Part shown: piece after piece, positions 28,075 through 38,057 of the stretch | Position numbering within the stretch: the first letter of the stretch is position 1 | Layout: each line of letters begins with the position of its first letter | From: Candidatus Marinacidobacterales bacterium | GTDB lineage: Bacteria > Acidobacteriota > Vicinamibacteria > Marinacidobacterales > DATDRI01 | Reading direction: 5' to 3' | NCBI GenBank assembly: GCA_965226495.1 | Contig: OZ245365.1 | Coordinates: 1,923,516 to 1,987,515, forward strand | Length of the DNA stretch: 64,000 nt | Notes under the pieces: generated by a model | The model's input: the letters and a program-made list of their open reading frames with translations, nothing else | Databases searched by the model: none | Told to the model about the DNA's origin: nothing | Position numbers and translations under genes: made by a program

Positions 28075-30036
28075 CTATTCGGAGGAGTCCTTTCCGTGCG
28101 ACTCCTCCAAATAAGTGTAGCCTTCCAGACCTTCTTCATAGAAGCGGAGGAGGCGTCCCGATTCTTCGTAGCCTATCTTGCCTGCTCTCAGAGCGGCTTC
28201 CACGTCCCGGCGGAAGTCGGAAAGCAGGTTTTCGGCCGAGAACTGAACATATTTCAAGACCTCGCGAACGGTATCGCCTTTGATGACTGTGTCGAGCATG
28301 ACGTTACCGTCGTCGCCCAGGCTGACGTGGACTGCGTGCGTATCACCGAGAAGGTTGTGAAGGTCGCCGAGGATCTCCTGATACGCGCCGATGAGGAATG
28401 CACCAATGTAGTAGGGTGGCCTATCGAAAGGGTGGAGCGAGAGCGTCTGCTTCAGCTCCCTGCGATCGATGAAGCGATCCACCTTTCCATCGGAGTCGCA
28501 GGAGATGTCGCCGAGCACCGCCTCACGGGTCGGCTTTTCGTCCAGCCGTTGGATGGGCATGATCGGAAAGAGTTGTTTGATCGCCCAGGCGTCCGGCATA
28601 CTCTGGAACACCGAGAAGTTGCAAAAATACGTGTCGGATAAGGCCGCCTCCAATCCGACGAGCTCGTCGGGCACGTACTCGAGCTCGGAAGCTAGTTTCG
28701 AAACGCGGCGACGAATTCTCCAGTACAGGTTCTCTGCCAAAACGCGCTGCTCGAGAGGAAGGTAGCCCAGGCTGAAGAGGTTCAGCACTTGGTCGAAGGC
28801 TTGCTGCGCATCGTGGAGGCTTTCGAGGATGTTCTCAGCGTCTAGCTCGTCATGAGTCTGCTGAAGGTCATAGACCGGTTGCTCGTCGTCTTCGGATGCT
28901 TTGGGAAGTTCCTGGTCTTCTCTTGGACCCAGCTCGCTGACTCCCAGCACATCGAACACTAGAGCACTGTGATACGCGACGATCGCTCGGCCGCTCTCAG
29001 AAAGGATCGTAGGGTGCGGGATTTCTGCTTCCTCGCACACGTTCTGAACATGGAAGACGATGTCGTTCGCGTACTCCTGCAGCGTATAGTTCACGCTGGA
29101 ATCGAAATCGGTCTGGGAGCCGTCGTAGTCAATGCCCAGTCCGCCACCCACGTCGATGAACTTCATGCCCGCGCCGTGGCGGGCGAGCTCTGCGTACATG
29201 CGGGCTCCCTCGATCACGGCGGCCTTGATCTGGCGAATATCGCTGATCTGACTGCCGAGGTGAAAGTGGAGCAGCTCGACGCAGTCGGCCATGCCGGTTT
29301 CTTTCAACTGCTCCACAGCGCTCAGCGCCTCTCCCGCAGTGAGGCCGAACTTCGATCGGTAGCCGCCTGACTCCGTCCACCGGCCGGCACCGCGGCTCGC
29401 CAACCTTACCCGCAAGCCGATGCGGGGGCGTACTCCGACGCGGTGGGAGTGCCGAGTGATGAAGTCCAGTTCGTTCGCCTTCTCGACGACGGGTATGATG
29501 TTGCGGCCGATCTTCTTGGCGAGCATCACCATTTCGATGTACTCGTCGTCTTTGAATCCGTTGCAGACGATCGGGGTCTCGTTGTCCGCGATGGCGAGGA
29601 CGGCTAGGAGCTCCGCCTTGGAGCCGACCTCCAGCCCGTATCCGTAGGGGCGGCCGAATTCAAGGACCTCTTCGACGACCTGACGTTGCTGGTTGACCTT
29701 GATGGGGTACACGCAGCAGTAACGCCCCTGGTAGCCATGGTCCCGCATGGCTTCCTGAAAGGCACTATGGATCTCGCCCAGACGTTGCTTAAGGATGCCG
29801 GCAAAGCGAATCAGGATTGGAGTAGAGATTCCGCGGAGCACGAGGGTATCGGTGAGCTCCCTCAAGTCGATGGATTGGCGCGGGTCCTTGTTCGGATGCA
29901 CGAGAAGGTGGCCGTTCTCGCCGACCGAAAAGTAACCTTTGCCCCACCGGGCTACGTCGTAATGTTCACTGGAGTCGTTGGCAGTCCAAGCGCGTGCACC
30001 GTTGAGCACACTCTTCGTCGAAGGTTTACCTTGCAA
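28075..30036 (-). CDS. speA: Biosynthetic arginine decarboxylase
   Basis: Full-length SpeA-type PLP decarboxylase (CCVYPIKVNQQR.., 653 aa). Confidence 0.9.
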   Translation of the reverse strand: MQGKPSTKSVLNGARAWTANDSSEHYDVARWGKGYFSVGENGHLLVHPNKDPRQSIDLRELTDTLVLRGISTPILIRFAGILKQRLGEIHSAFQEAMRDHGYQGRYCCVYPIKVNQQRQVVEEVLEFGRPYGYGLEVGSKAELLAVLAIADNETPIVCNGFKDDEYIEMVMLAKKIGRNIIPVVEKANELDFITRHSHRVGVRPRIGLRVRLASRGAGRWTESGGYRSKFGLTAGEALSAVEQLKETGMADCVELLHFHLGSQISDIRQIKAAVIEGARMYAELARHGAGMKFIDVGGGLGIDYDGSQTDFDSSVNYTLQEYANDIVFHVQNVCEEAEIPHPTILSESGRAIVAYHSALVFDVLGVSELGPREDQELPKASEDDEQPVYDLQQTHDELDAENILESLHDAQQAFDQVLNLFSLGYLPLEQRVLAENLYWRIRRRVSKLASELEYVPDELVGLEAALSDTYFCNFSVFQSMPDAWAIKQLFPIMPIQRLDEKPTREAVLGDISCDSDGKVDRFIDRRELKQTLSLHPFDRPPYYIGAFLIGAYQEILGDLHNLLGDTHAVHVSLGDDGNVMLDTVIKGDTVREVLKYVQFSAENLLSDFRRDVEAALRAGKIGYEESGRLLRFYEEGLEGYTYLEESHGKDSSE

Positions 30037-30218
30037 GCTGTCTCTCCCTGGAATTCTCTAGGACACCATTGTGCGTCCGAATTGCCGTGGAGGCAAACAA
30101 AAAGCCACGTTTCAAATCCTACCAGGACGCCAAAAGGTTGGGTTGCTTCTATCGATGGAGCCAGACGCCGGTCGCGCGCGCTTGCCGCGTCGGCGGTCGG
30201 ATGCCATAGTCAAGGGAT

Positions 30219-30620
30219 ATGACAGAGTCCAGGGACCGTGGGGCCGCGCGGGAGAGCCAAGTTCGTGCGGCACAGTCGGTGGGAGCTCACGTCACCCGTC
30301 GGCACATTTTTTTATGTTCTGATCAGACCAAGCCCAAGTGCAGCGAGAGGGAGCGATCGATCGCCGCCTGGAATTACCTGAAGCAGCGTCTCAAAGAGCT
30401 GGGTCTCTCGGAGCAGGGCGGCATCTTTCGGACCAAGGCCAACTGCCTCCGGGTTTGCGAAGGTGGGCCCATCGCGGTGGTTTATCCCGAAGGCGCTTGG
30501 TACGGCGGGTGCGATCCGCCGGTTCTCGAGCGGATCATCCAAGAGCATTTGGTGAACGGCCAAATCGTTGAAGAGCACGTGATCCTAGCGCGTACTCTCG
30601 AGCCGGGCTCTGGCAGCTAA
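30219..30620 (+). CDS. Thioredoxin-fold [2Fe-2S] ferredoxin-like protein
   Basis: [13 protein letters not shown] ... CLRVCEGGP cysteine pattern. Confidence 0.6.
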   Translation: MTESRDRGAARESQVRAAQSVGAHVTRRHIFLCSDQTKPKCSERERSIAAWNYLKQRLKELGLSEQGGIFRTKANCLRVCEGGPIAVVYPEGAWYGGCDPPVLERIIQEHLVNGQIVEEHVILARTLEPGSGS

Positions 30621-30629
30621 TGGAAATTC

Positions 30630-31079
30630 CTACTCTCCGATATCCTCGGCCCAAAGATCGGGTTTTTCACGCTGCAAGCGCTCCATAAGGCGGACGCAAC
30701 GGGGGTCGTCTAGGAGCACTAGCTCGATGTCGCTGGTTCGCATCCAGTCCTCGGCGCCCATGAACGTTCGGTTCTCTCCGATGATGACCCGCGGGATCTG
30801 GAAGAGGATGGCGGTACCCGAGCACATGGGGCAGGGGCTGAGCGTGGACACCAGGGTCAGCTGCCTCCAGTCCCGCCTCCTTCCGGCATTCCGGATGCAC
30901 ACGACTTCGGCGTGGGCGGTCGGATCCCCACTTTGGACGCGTTCGTTGTGGCCGCGCGCTACGATTTGGCCGCCCTGGTTCACGAGGACGGAGCCGATCG
31001 GAATGCCTCCCTGCGTCCATGACTCTTCTGCCTGGGCAAGCGCCGCTTCCATCCACTGATGGAACGAGTTCTGATCCAT
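30630..31079 (-). CDS. CMP/dCMP-type zinc deaminase (TadA/guanine-deaminase-like)
   Basis: HAE and PCPMC zinc-binding motifs. Confidence 0.75.
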   Translation of the reverse strand: MDQNSFHQWMEAALAQAEESWTQGGIPIGSVLVNQGGQIVARGHNERVQSGDPTAHAEVVCIRNAGRRRDWRQLTLVSTLSPCPMCSGTAILFQIPRVIIGENRTFMGAEDWMRTSDIELVLLDDPRCVRLMERLQREKPDLWAEDIGE

Positions 31080-31155
31080 GGATGGGGATCATTATTGAAA
31101 GTACTACGTGGGAGCAAACGGCAGGGGACTGCGGGAAGGGAAGGCCTATCCAGGG

Positions 31156-31746
31156 CTAGATCAAATTGGCTTTGGTCAGCGTGTCTTCCACCAACTCGTA
31201 GACGTAGTTGCTAAGTCGACCGCGGCTCCTGTCATCGAAGTTTAGGAACTGAACTCCGGCACCCTCGAGCAGTGTGTCCTTGCGCCCGGCCCCAGGGTTC
31301 TTCCAGGCGACCCGTCCTTCGAGCTCGAGGGGCATCTCCTCTCGAAACGTACAGAACGTGAGACGTAGCCAACTGCCTTCCGGGAAGGGAACCATCGCGT
31401 GGACGTACGCCCCACCGGTGCTGATATCCTGGAGTCGACCCGAGAAGAAATTTAGCGGGGTCTCGCAGAGTACGTCCACCTCCGCAGGCACCCGGAGATA
31501 CTCAATCGGTATCTGATTTCTTAGATCGGAACGCGATGTTTTCTTTCCAGTCCGTTCACTCGCACCGGGTTGGTACAATCCGGAGAAGATGCTGTCCAAG
31601 GTGAAGACGATTTGCTGCCACTCCTTTTCCAGTCTCGGATCGAGCTCTCCGCCTTGGAGGTTTCGCATCTGGAATAGGGTGGAGTATTGCTTGAAAACCT
31701 GAACGATTGGGACGCTCGTCGTGGCCATAATGATCCTTCCTGCCAA
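31156..31746 (-). CDS. PilZ-domain (c-di-GMP binding) protein
   Basis: R-x-x-x-R (RSDLR) and D-x-S-x-GG (QDISTGG) PilZ motifs. Confidence 0.6.
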   Translation of the reverse strand: MAGRIIMATTSVPIVQVFKQYSTLFQMRNLQGGELDPRLEKEWQQIVFTLDSIFSGLYQPGASERTGKKTSRSDLRNQIPIEYLRVPAEVDVLCETPLNFFSGRLQDISTGGAYVHAMVPFPEGSWLRLTFCTFREEMPLELEGRVAWKNPGAGRKDTLLEGAGVQFLNFDDRSRGRLSNYVYELVEDTLTKANLI

Positions 31747-32051
31747 CTTCCAAGTACAAGATCCATTCCACCCTTCTGTTTTGGAGGTGAGACTACCCCT
31801 CGCATCGACAGGAAGTCTTTTGAAATGAGTCTATTAGTTGGTGTGGCCGCGTGTCAGGAAGGTATCGTTCCAACGCCTGGAGTGGTACGGCGACCGGGGT
31901 CACTTTACTCCGATCACATGGGGGTTTCCCCACGCGCGTGTGTGCGATCCCCCGCGAGGGCCGTCTGACGAGGTCTATACTGGCAGTGCGTCTATTGACG
32001 GCGAGAACGGAGTGTAAGCAGCGGCGTGATGGCCTGGATGGCCCGCCCGTT

Positions 32052-33338
32052 TCATTCCTCACGAATTCTAAAACGTCGAGCCTTTAACTCGTATCGCGGC
32101 AAACTCCCGGCCGCGACGGGGCGAACGGTCGCTTGCAGTCCTAGTCGCGTCGCAACTGTCCGAGACAATTCCGTGCACACGGCGTCTTGCCGTGTCTCCG
32201 GCAGCACTTCCACCCGAATTTCCATCTCCAACATCTCACGATGTCGGAACACCTCGACTTCGAACTCTACGATTTCGTTTTGCGTTCTGACCAGCTCTTC
32301 CACTGCACTTGGATACACGTTCATGCCGCGGAGTTGAATCATGTCATCCGCCCGACCTAGGACGGCCCCGGGAAAGAAGACGTAGGGGCTACCGCATTCG
32401 CAAGCATCCTCCCCCAACCGCACGATGTCTCCGGTCCGGTAACGCACCACGGGCATATCCCAGCGGCCGAGATTGGTCAGAACGAGCTCCCCACTTTCAC
32501 CGAGTCCAACCGGGCGGTGGCCGCCGACCTCTAACACTTCTCCGATGAATTCCGATTCCAACAGATGCATACCCGCTCCCGCGGGGCATTCATACCCCCA
32601 TGCGCCAACTTCGGTGGAGCCAGCGTGATCGAACGCACGGGCGCCCCATGCCTCCTCGATCCGCCGTCGGGTCGCGGGGATGCTGGCACCCGGCTCGCCG
32701 GCGTGTATCGTCATCCTGACCGAGTCCGACGAGAGGTCGATTCCGTTTTCCCGTGCCACCTCTGCCAACCGAAGCGCGTAGGTGGGCGTGGAGAGGAGAA
32801 CTGTGGCCCGGCTGTCGCGGATCCAATCAAGGCGTTGCAACGAGCTCTGCGCGCCGCCGGCTACCACCATCGCTCCGAGTTCTTTGGCTGCTTCGAAGCC
32901 GCCCCAGAATCCCATGAACGGACCGAACCCGAAAGCTGCGAAGACGACGTCCTCGCAATCGAGATCGGCGGCTCGGTAGATCTCCCGCCAGCAGCGGATG
33001 AACCACGACCACGTGCGATCTGTGTCGAGCCATTTGAGCTTCCTACCGGTCGTACCAGAAGTTGTGTGGACACGGGTATATCGTGCGAGAGGCGAAGTGA
33101 GATTCGTTCCGTACGGCGGGTGCTCTTCCTGGTCACGGACGAGCTCGTCCTTGGCGGTAAAGGGCAGAGAGAGGATGTCTTCTGCGCTGACCAGAGGTAA
33201 CTTCGTGCTTTCGAGTTTGGCTTCGTAGAAGCGGTTTTGACGTCTCAATCGACCAAGTCCGTCGTTCAACTTGATCAGCTGAAGGCGGGCGAGCGCCTTT
33301 CGTCTCCGTGCTAAGTCGGCGGTGCTCTTCTTTTTCAT
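32052..33338 (-). CDS. Phenylacetate-CoA ligase family adenylating enzyme (PaaK / F390 synthetase-like)
   Basis: TSGTTG AMP-binding motif and PaaK-family length and architecture. Confidence 0.8.
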   Translation of the reverse strand: MKKKSTADLARRRKALARLQLIKLNDGLGRLRRQNRFYEAKLESTKLPLVSAEDILSLPFTAKDELVRDQEEHPPYGTNLTSPLARYTRVHTTSGTTGRKLKWLDTDRTWSWFIRCWREIYRAADLDCEDVVFAAFGFGPFMGFWGGFEAAKELGAMVVAGGAQSSLQRLDWIRDSRATVLLSTPTYALRLAEVARENGIDLSSDSVRMTIHAGEPGASIPATRRRIEEAWGARAFDHAGSTEVGAWGYECPAGAGMHLLESEFIGEVLEVGGHRPVGLGESGELVLTNLGRWDMPVVRYRTGDIVRLGEDACECGSPYVFFPGAVLGRADDMIQLRGMNVYPSAVEELVRTQNEIVEFEVEVFRHREMLEMEIRVEVLPETRQDAVCTELSRTVATRLGLQATVRPVAAGSLPRYELKARRFRIREE

Positions 33339-33431
33339 ATCCGATACCGTGACGGCTATTCCCAGACCAAAGAGTAGATCAAAATGCGGTCGACTTCGAG
33401 GGGCAGCGAGATTCTGATATGCTCTCGGTCG

Positions 33432-34559
33432 ATGAAGCTCGAGGAGCTAAAGACGCCCGCGGCGCTCCTAGATCGAGAGATCGTGGAGCGGAACACGACG
33501 CGCATGGCCGAGCGCGTCCATCGTCTCGGTGCGCGACTCCGACCGCACGTCAAGACACACAAGTGCGTGGAAGTCGCTCGGCTTCAGGTGCGAGGCCATT
33601 TTGGGGGTATCACCGTCTCCACTCTTGCCGAGGCCCGATTCTTTGCCGCCGCGGGTTTCCGAGATCTGACATACGCTTTTCCGGTGCCGCTCTCCCGAAT
33701 CGAGGAGGCGGCCGAGCTCGGTCAGAGTGTCGACAATTTGAATTTGTTAGTGGATCACGAGGCGACATTTCATGAGCTGGAAACTTGCGCAGCGGCAAAA
33801 GAGATTCGCTTCCCGGTGTTCCTAAAGGTTGACTGCGGCTATCACCGCGCCGGCGTGGATCCAGCTCGAGAGGGAAGTATAGCCCTCGCATCCAAGCTGG
33901 CGAGCTCGCCGCATCTCGATTTTCGCGGAATCCTGACTCACGCCGGCCATTCGTACGATTGCCGCAACCGCGACGAGATTCTCACCGTCGCTCGCCAAGA
34001 GCGGGAAGTCACCGCGCACTTCGCAGAGAAGCTTCGCGGGGCAGGCGTCGAGGTCGCGGAAGTGAGTATCGGATCCACTCCAACCATGTCCGTGACCGAC
34101 AGCCTGGAAGGGGTCACCGAGGCTCGCCCGGGAAATTACGCGCTCTATGACGGTTTCCAGGTGGCTATCGGCAGTTGTTCCCGAGAGGACGTGGCCTTCT
34201 CGATCTTGGTTACAGTGGTGGGCGAATACCCGGAGCAGAACAAAGTGGTCATCAACGCGGGGGGCCTCGCGTTCTCCATGGATCCCGGCCCGCATCACGT
34301 AGACCCCGGCTGCGGCTATGGCACGTTCTTCACATCCGACGGTCGACACGCTTTCCCAGAATTGCGGCTGACGTCGATTTCTCAGGAGCATGGGCAGGTT
34401 TGTGGCCTGAAGCCCATCGACTTCAAGAAGATCTCCATTGGTACACAGTTGCGCGTCGTACCGAATCATTCTTGCTTGGCGTCGGCGCTCTACGATCGGT
34501 ACCACGTCGTTCGCGAGAGCGAGGTGGAAGATGAATGGAGACCGGTCCGTGGTTGGTAG
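33432..34559 (+). CDS. Alanine-racemase-fold PLP enzyme of the D-serine dehydratase-like (DSD1) family
   Basis: PHVKTHKC PLP-lysine motif and DSD1-like length. Confidence 0.7.
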   Translation: MKLEELKTPAALLDREIVERNTTRMAERVHRLGARLRPHVKTHKCVEVARLQVRGHFGGITVSTLAEARFFAAAGFRDLTYAFPVPLSRIEEAAELGQSVDNLNLLVDHEATFHELETCAAAKEIRFPVFLKVDCGYHRAGVDPAREGSIALASKLASSPHLDFRGILTHAGHSYDCRNRDEILTVARQEREVTAHFAEKLRGAGVEVAEVSIGSTPTMSVTDSLEGVTEARPGNYALYDGFQVAIGSCSREDVAFSILVTVVGEYPEQNKVVINAGGLAFSMDPGPHHVDPGCGYGTFFTSDGRHAFPELRLTSISQEHGQVCGLKPIDFKKISIGTQLRVVPNHSCLASALYDRYHVVRESEVEDEWRPVRGW

Positions 34560-34569
34560 CGGATAACCC

Positions 34570-34989
34570 GTGGCCGCACACGCTTGCCGCAGCCTGTTTG
34601 TCTACGGGACGCTCAGAAGAGGCGCCCCCAAGGATCTCCGCGAGTTCTTCGAAAACGAGCCGAAGTTCCTAGGCCGAGCGATGTCTCCCGGACGTTTGTA
34701 CGACCTCGGCGAGTATCCCGGCATGCTCGAGCCAGGGAGGGACGAGGATCGAGTGGTCGGGGAGCTCTTCGAGTTGGAGGACGTCGAAACCAGCCTCGCT
34801 TGCCTCGACGACTACGAACACGCCACCTTGGATCACAGTCGTTTGTTCGAGCGGCGCCTCGGGGAAGTACAGTTGGAGGACGGGGCAATGATTGAGGGGG
34901 TTGAGGGGGTCGAGGCCTGGGTCTACTTTTATAAAGGTGAGGTCAGCGATGGGCAGAGAGTCTTATCGGGAGACTATCTCAAACCGTAA
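34570..34989 (+). CDS. Gamma-glutamyl cyclotransferase-like (AIG2/GGCT) protein
   Basis: LFVYGTLRRG N-terminal motif. GTG start. Confidence 0.65.
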   Translation: MAAHACRSLFVYGTLRRGAPKDLREFFENEPKFLGRAMSPGRLYDLGEYPGMLEPGRDEDRVVGELFELEDVETSLACLDDYEHATLDHSRLFERRLGEVQLEDGAMIEGVEGVEAWVYFYKGEVSDGQRVLSGDYLKP

Positions 34990-35941
34990 GCGAAACCGCT
35001 CCGCTCACATCTAAGTTGCCACCGCTCACCAGCGCAACGGTCTTGGCGTCCTTGGGCAACGAGACCTTCCCCGCGAGAAGTGCCGCTACCGTGGCGGCTC
35101 CCGCCGGTTCCGCGACGAGCTTCGCCCTTTCCATGAGCAGCGGGATCGCTTCACGTATCTCTTGGTCAGAGACGGTGACGAGATCATCCACGAGACGATC
35201 GATGCATCGAAAAACCTCGGCATCGGTCCCCTTGGTGGCGAGCCCATCGGCAATCGTGGTCACCCGTTCGAATTGAGTCGCAGACCCTTTCTCGCGACTC
35301 GTCCTCATGTTCGCAGCGCCTTCTGGCTCGACGCCGATGATTCGAACATGGGGCAGCGCCAGCCGTAAAGCCATGGCGATGCCGGAGATGAGGCCACCCC
35401 CTCCGATGGGAATCAGAATCGCCTCGAGGTCCGGAAGGTCTTCGAGGATCTCGGCCGCGATCGTGCCCTGACCCGCCATGATGTGGCGGTCTTTGAAAGG
35501 ATGGACGTAGACTAGGCCTTTCTCCTTTGCGAGCTGGATAGAATGTGCATACGCGTCGTCCCAGAACTTTCCGTGAAGGATCGCTTCCGCGCCGTACTCC
35601 TTGACGGCTCGCACCTTGCTGCGGTTCGCCCCGTCCGGCATCACCACGTAGCCGGGGATCTTCTGGTGAGACGAGACGAACGCGACGGCTTGGCCATGAT
35701 TACCCGCCGAGGCGGTGACGATGCCACGACCCTGCTCGGTAGGAGGGAGATGAAGGACCTTGTTGAAGGCACCACGGACTTTGAAGGAGCCCGTCTTCTG
35801 GAGATTCTCAGCCTTGAGCCAGACGCGAAGCGCGGTCCTCACACTCAGCGAGCGAGAAGACAGCAGCGGTGTGCGATGGACGAGCCCGTCGATCGTGGTC
35901 CTCGCGTCATCGAAGTCTTTTTGGGTAAGCTCGAGATCCAT
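34979..35941 (-). CDS. Threonine/serine dehydratase (PLP fold type II)
   Basis: KAENLQKTGSFKVRGA PLP-lysine motif, 320 aa. Confidence 0.8.
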   Translation of the reverse strand: MDLELTQKDFDDARTTIDGLVHRTPLLSSRSLSVRTALRVWLKAENLQKTGSFKVRGAFNKVLHLPPTEQGRGIVTASAGNHGQAVAFVSSHQKIPGYVVMPDGANRSKVRAVKEYGAEAILHGKFWDDAYAHSIQLAKEKGLVYVHPFKDRHIMAGQGTIAAEILEDLPDLEAILIPIGGGGLISGIAMALRLALPHVRIIGVEPEGAANMRTSREKGSATQFERVTTIADGLATKGTDAEVFRCIDRLVDDLVTVSDQEIREAIPLLMERAKLVAEPAGAATVAALLAGKVSLPKDAKTVALVSGGNLDVSGAVSLTV

Positions 35942-35951
35942 TCCGCGTCCA

Positions 35952-36914
35952 ATGATGGATAATATCGGCGGTCTTGGGAATTATCAAAGGAACCATCTTT
36001 TGAACGTGAGCGGGTTGGAGAAACGATGTCAAGGGGGTCAGCCAGTGATCCTCGATGGTGCGATGGGCACCGAGCTTCAGAGGCGAGGCGTCGAGACACG
36101 CCTTCCGCTCTGGTCGAGTTGGGCGCTGCTCGAGGCGCCGGAGACGGTTCAGGCAGTTCACCGGGAATACTTGGAGGCCGGGGCGGATATTATTACGGCT
36201 AACACGTTTCGTACCCATCGTCGGTCACTCGCCGAGGAGGGAATGGGCGAGCAAGCCAAAGAGCTCACCCGCATCGCCGTTGAGCTGGCCCAGAGCGCGA
36301 GAGAGGAAGCGTCTGTCGAAGCTTTGGTGGCGGGCTGCATCTCACCTCTCGAGGATTGCTACCATCCGGAACGTGTGCCATCGATGGATCGATTGAAGGA
36401 AGAGCACGCCGAGATTGCGGACAACCTTGCTTCCGCCGGCGCGGATCTTCTCTTAGTGGAAACGATGGGGACACTTGAAGAGCTCGACGCCGCCACCGAG
36501 GCAGCGCGACGAACGGGTCTCCCTGTCATGGTCAGCGTGATTCCCATTGAGGGAGCGAAGCTCATCGGTGGCCAATCGCTAGACGAGGTATTGGATCTCT
36601 TCGAGCGGCACCCCCCCCTAGTCTTAATGGTCAATTGCGCCAACCATCGCATGATCACGGCGGCGCTTGCTCATTTCTCTGAGGCCAGGGCACCGATTCC
36701 GTTTGGGGGCTATGCGAACATGGGAATGCCGGAGGACGATATGGGCTGGAGTTTCACGGACGAAGTGTCTCCAGACGACTATGCCGGCCAAGCCAGGGAA
36801 TGGGTGCGGCTTGGCGCGAGGGTGGTTGGAGGATGCTGCGGGACCACGCCGGCCCACATTCGGGAGCTGGCGCGAGTCTTCAAAGGTGGCGCCGGCGACC
36901 GTGGAAGCGTTTAG
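35952..36914 (+). CDS. mmuM: Homocysteine S-methyltransferase
   Basis: VILDGAMGTELQRRG N-terminus and GGCCGTTP zinc-binding C-terminus. Confidence 0.8.
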   Translation: MMDNIGGLGNYQRNHLLNVSGLEKRCQGGQPVILDGAMGTELQRRGVETRLPLWSSWALLEAPETVQAVHREYLEAGADIITANTFRTHRRSLAEEGMGEQAKELTRIAVELAQSAREEASVEALVAGCISPLEDCYHPERVPSMDRLKEEHAEIADNLASAGADLLLVETMGTLEELDAATEAARRTGLPVMVSVIPIEGAKLIGGQSLDEVLDLFERHPPLVLMVNCANHRMITAALAHFSEARAPIPFGGYANMGMPEDDMGWSFTDEVSPDDYAGQAREWVRLGARVVGGCCGTTPAHIRELARVFKGGAGDRGSV

Positions 36915-38046
36915 GCCGTTGCCACCGGATTGGTCCCAGATTCGCAGACGGTTCCCGGCAGTCGAGCGGTGCACTTACCTCAACACGGCGGGTGGTGGAC
37001 CGATGTGCGCGCCGGCGGTGGAAGAAGCCCGGCGCTACTTGGAGGAGGCACACAGCCACGGCGACGGTAAGTGGGATGAGTGGGTTGCAAGATCGGAGGG
37101 AGTCCGCCGCCACCTAGCATCCGTGCTCAAGGCAGCGCCGGAAGAGATTGCTTTCCTATCGAACGCGTCCTTCGGAATGAATACGCTTGCCGAGATGTTC
37201 GGCGGAGATGGAGAAGTCCTTGCCGCGGCCGACGATTTTCCCTCGGTAACGCTCCCATGGTTGCGCCGCGGCTATCCGGTCAGATTTCTCGCGTCGGGTT
37301 CAGGTGGAGCGCCGGACTACAAAGAAATCGAGGAGGCGGTAGGCGATGGCACTCGGTACCTGGTAATCAGTTTCGTACAGTTTGCCACCGGCTTTCGTTA
37401 CGACCTGGCGCGCTTGGGAGAAATTTGTCGCGCTCGGAACATGCTGCTGGTGGTCGATGCCACGCAGGGCTTCGGTGCTTTTCCCATTGACGTGCAGCGT
37501 GGTCGCATTGATGCGCTTGTGTTTAGCTGCTACAAGTGGACCACTGCAGGCTATGGAATCGCTCCGCTCTACGTACGAAAGGAGATACTAGAATCTCGAT
37601 CTCTTCCTCTGGTTGGTTGGCGAAGTGCGCGCGTGCCTTATGACCTAGTGTCCAACCGGCTGGACTTGACCAGCGAGGCGCGCGGACTCGAGTTGGGGCA
37701 TATGCCTTTCGCGGGGGTCTTTGCACTCGGCGGAGCGCTCCGCCTCTTGGAGGAGATCGGACTCGACAACATCGAAGCTCGCGTTCAAGACTTGACCGAG
37801 GAGCTGCACGCGCGGATGGCGAATGTTGGGCTCACGCTTTTGTCGCCGCGAGAGCGAGAAAGGCGTTCCGGCATTACCGTGCTGGAAGTTCCTGAGCCGG
37901 AGAGTGTAACCAGGCGACTCCGGGAGAGAAACATCTTCGTCGCAGCGCGACGTCGTGGCTTGCGGGTGGCGCTACACTTTTACAACGATCACGACGACAT
38001 CGAACGATTCACGGTCGCGATGACCGATATCTTGAATGAGGGCTAG
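36898..38046 (+). CDS. Class V aminotransferase (cysteine desulfurase / selenocysteine-lyase-like)
   Basis: AT-V fold motifs (YLNTAGGGP.., SCYKW PLP-lysine). Start assumed at GTG 36898, overlapping the mmuM end. Confidence 0.7.
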   Translation, partial: TVEAFRPLPPDWSQIRRRFPAVERCTYLNTAGGGPMCAPAVEEARRYLEEAHSHGDGKWDEWVARSEGVRRHLASVLKAAPEEIAFLSNASFGMNTLAEMFGGDGEVLAAADDFPSVTLPWLRRGYPVRFLASGSGGAPDYKEIEEAVGDGTRYLVISFVQFATGFRYDLARLGEICRARNMLLVVDATQGFGAFPIDVQRGRIDALVFSCYKWTTAGYGIAPLYVRKEILESRSLPLVGWRSARVPYDLVSNRLDLTSEARGLELGHMPFAGVFALGGALRLLEEIGLDNIEARVQDLTEELHARMANVGLTLLSPRERERRSGITVLEVPEPESVTRRLRERNIFVAARRRGLRVALHFYNDHDDIERFTVAMTDILNEG

Positions 38047-38057
38047 TGCCCTAGTCG

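Noticed and set aside
36667-36897. Upstream extension of the class-V aminotransferase ORF overlapping mmuM
   Set aside because: The extension overlaps the homocysteine methyltransferase gene in another frame and has no AT-V motifs. An internal GTG at 36898 gives a sensible start.
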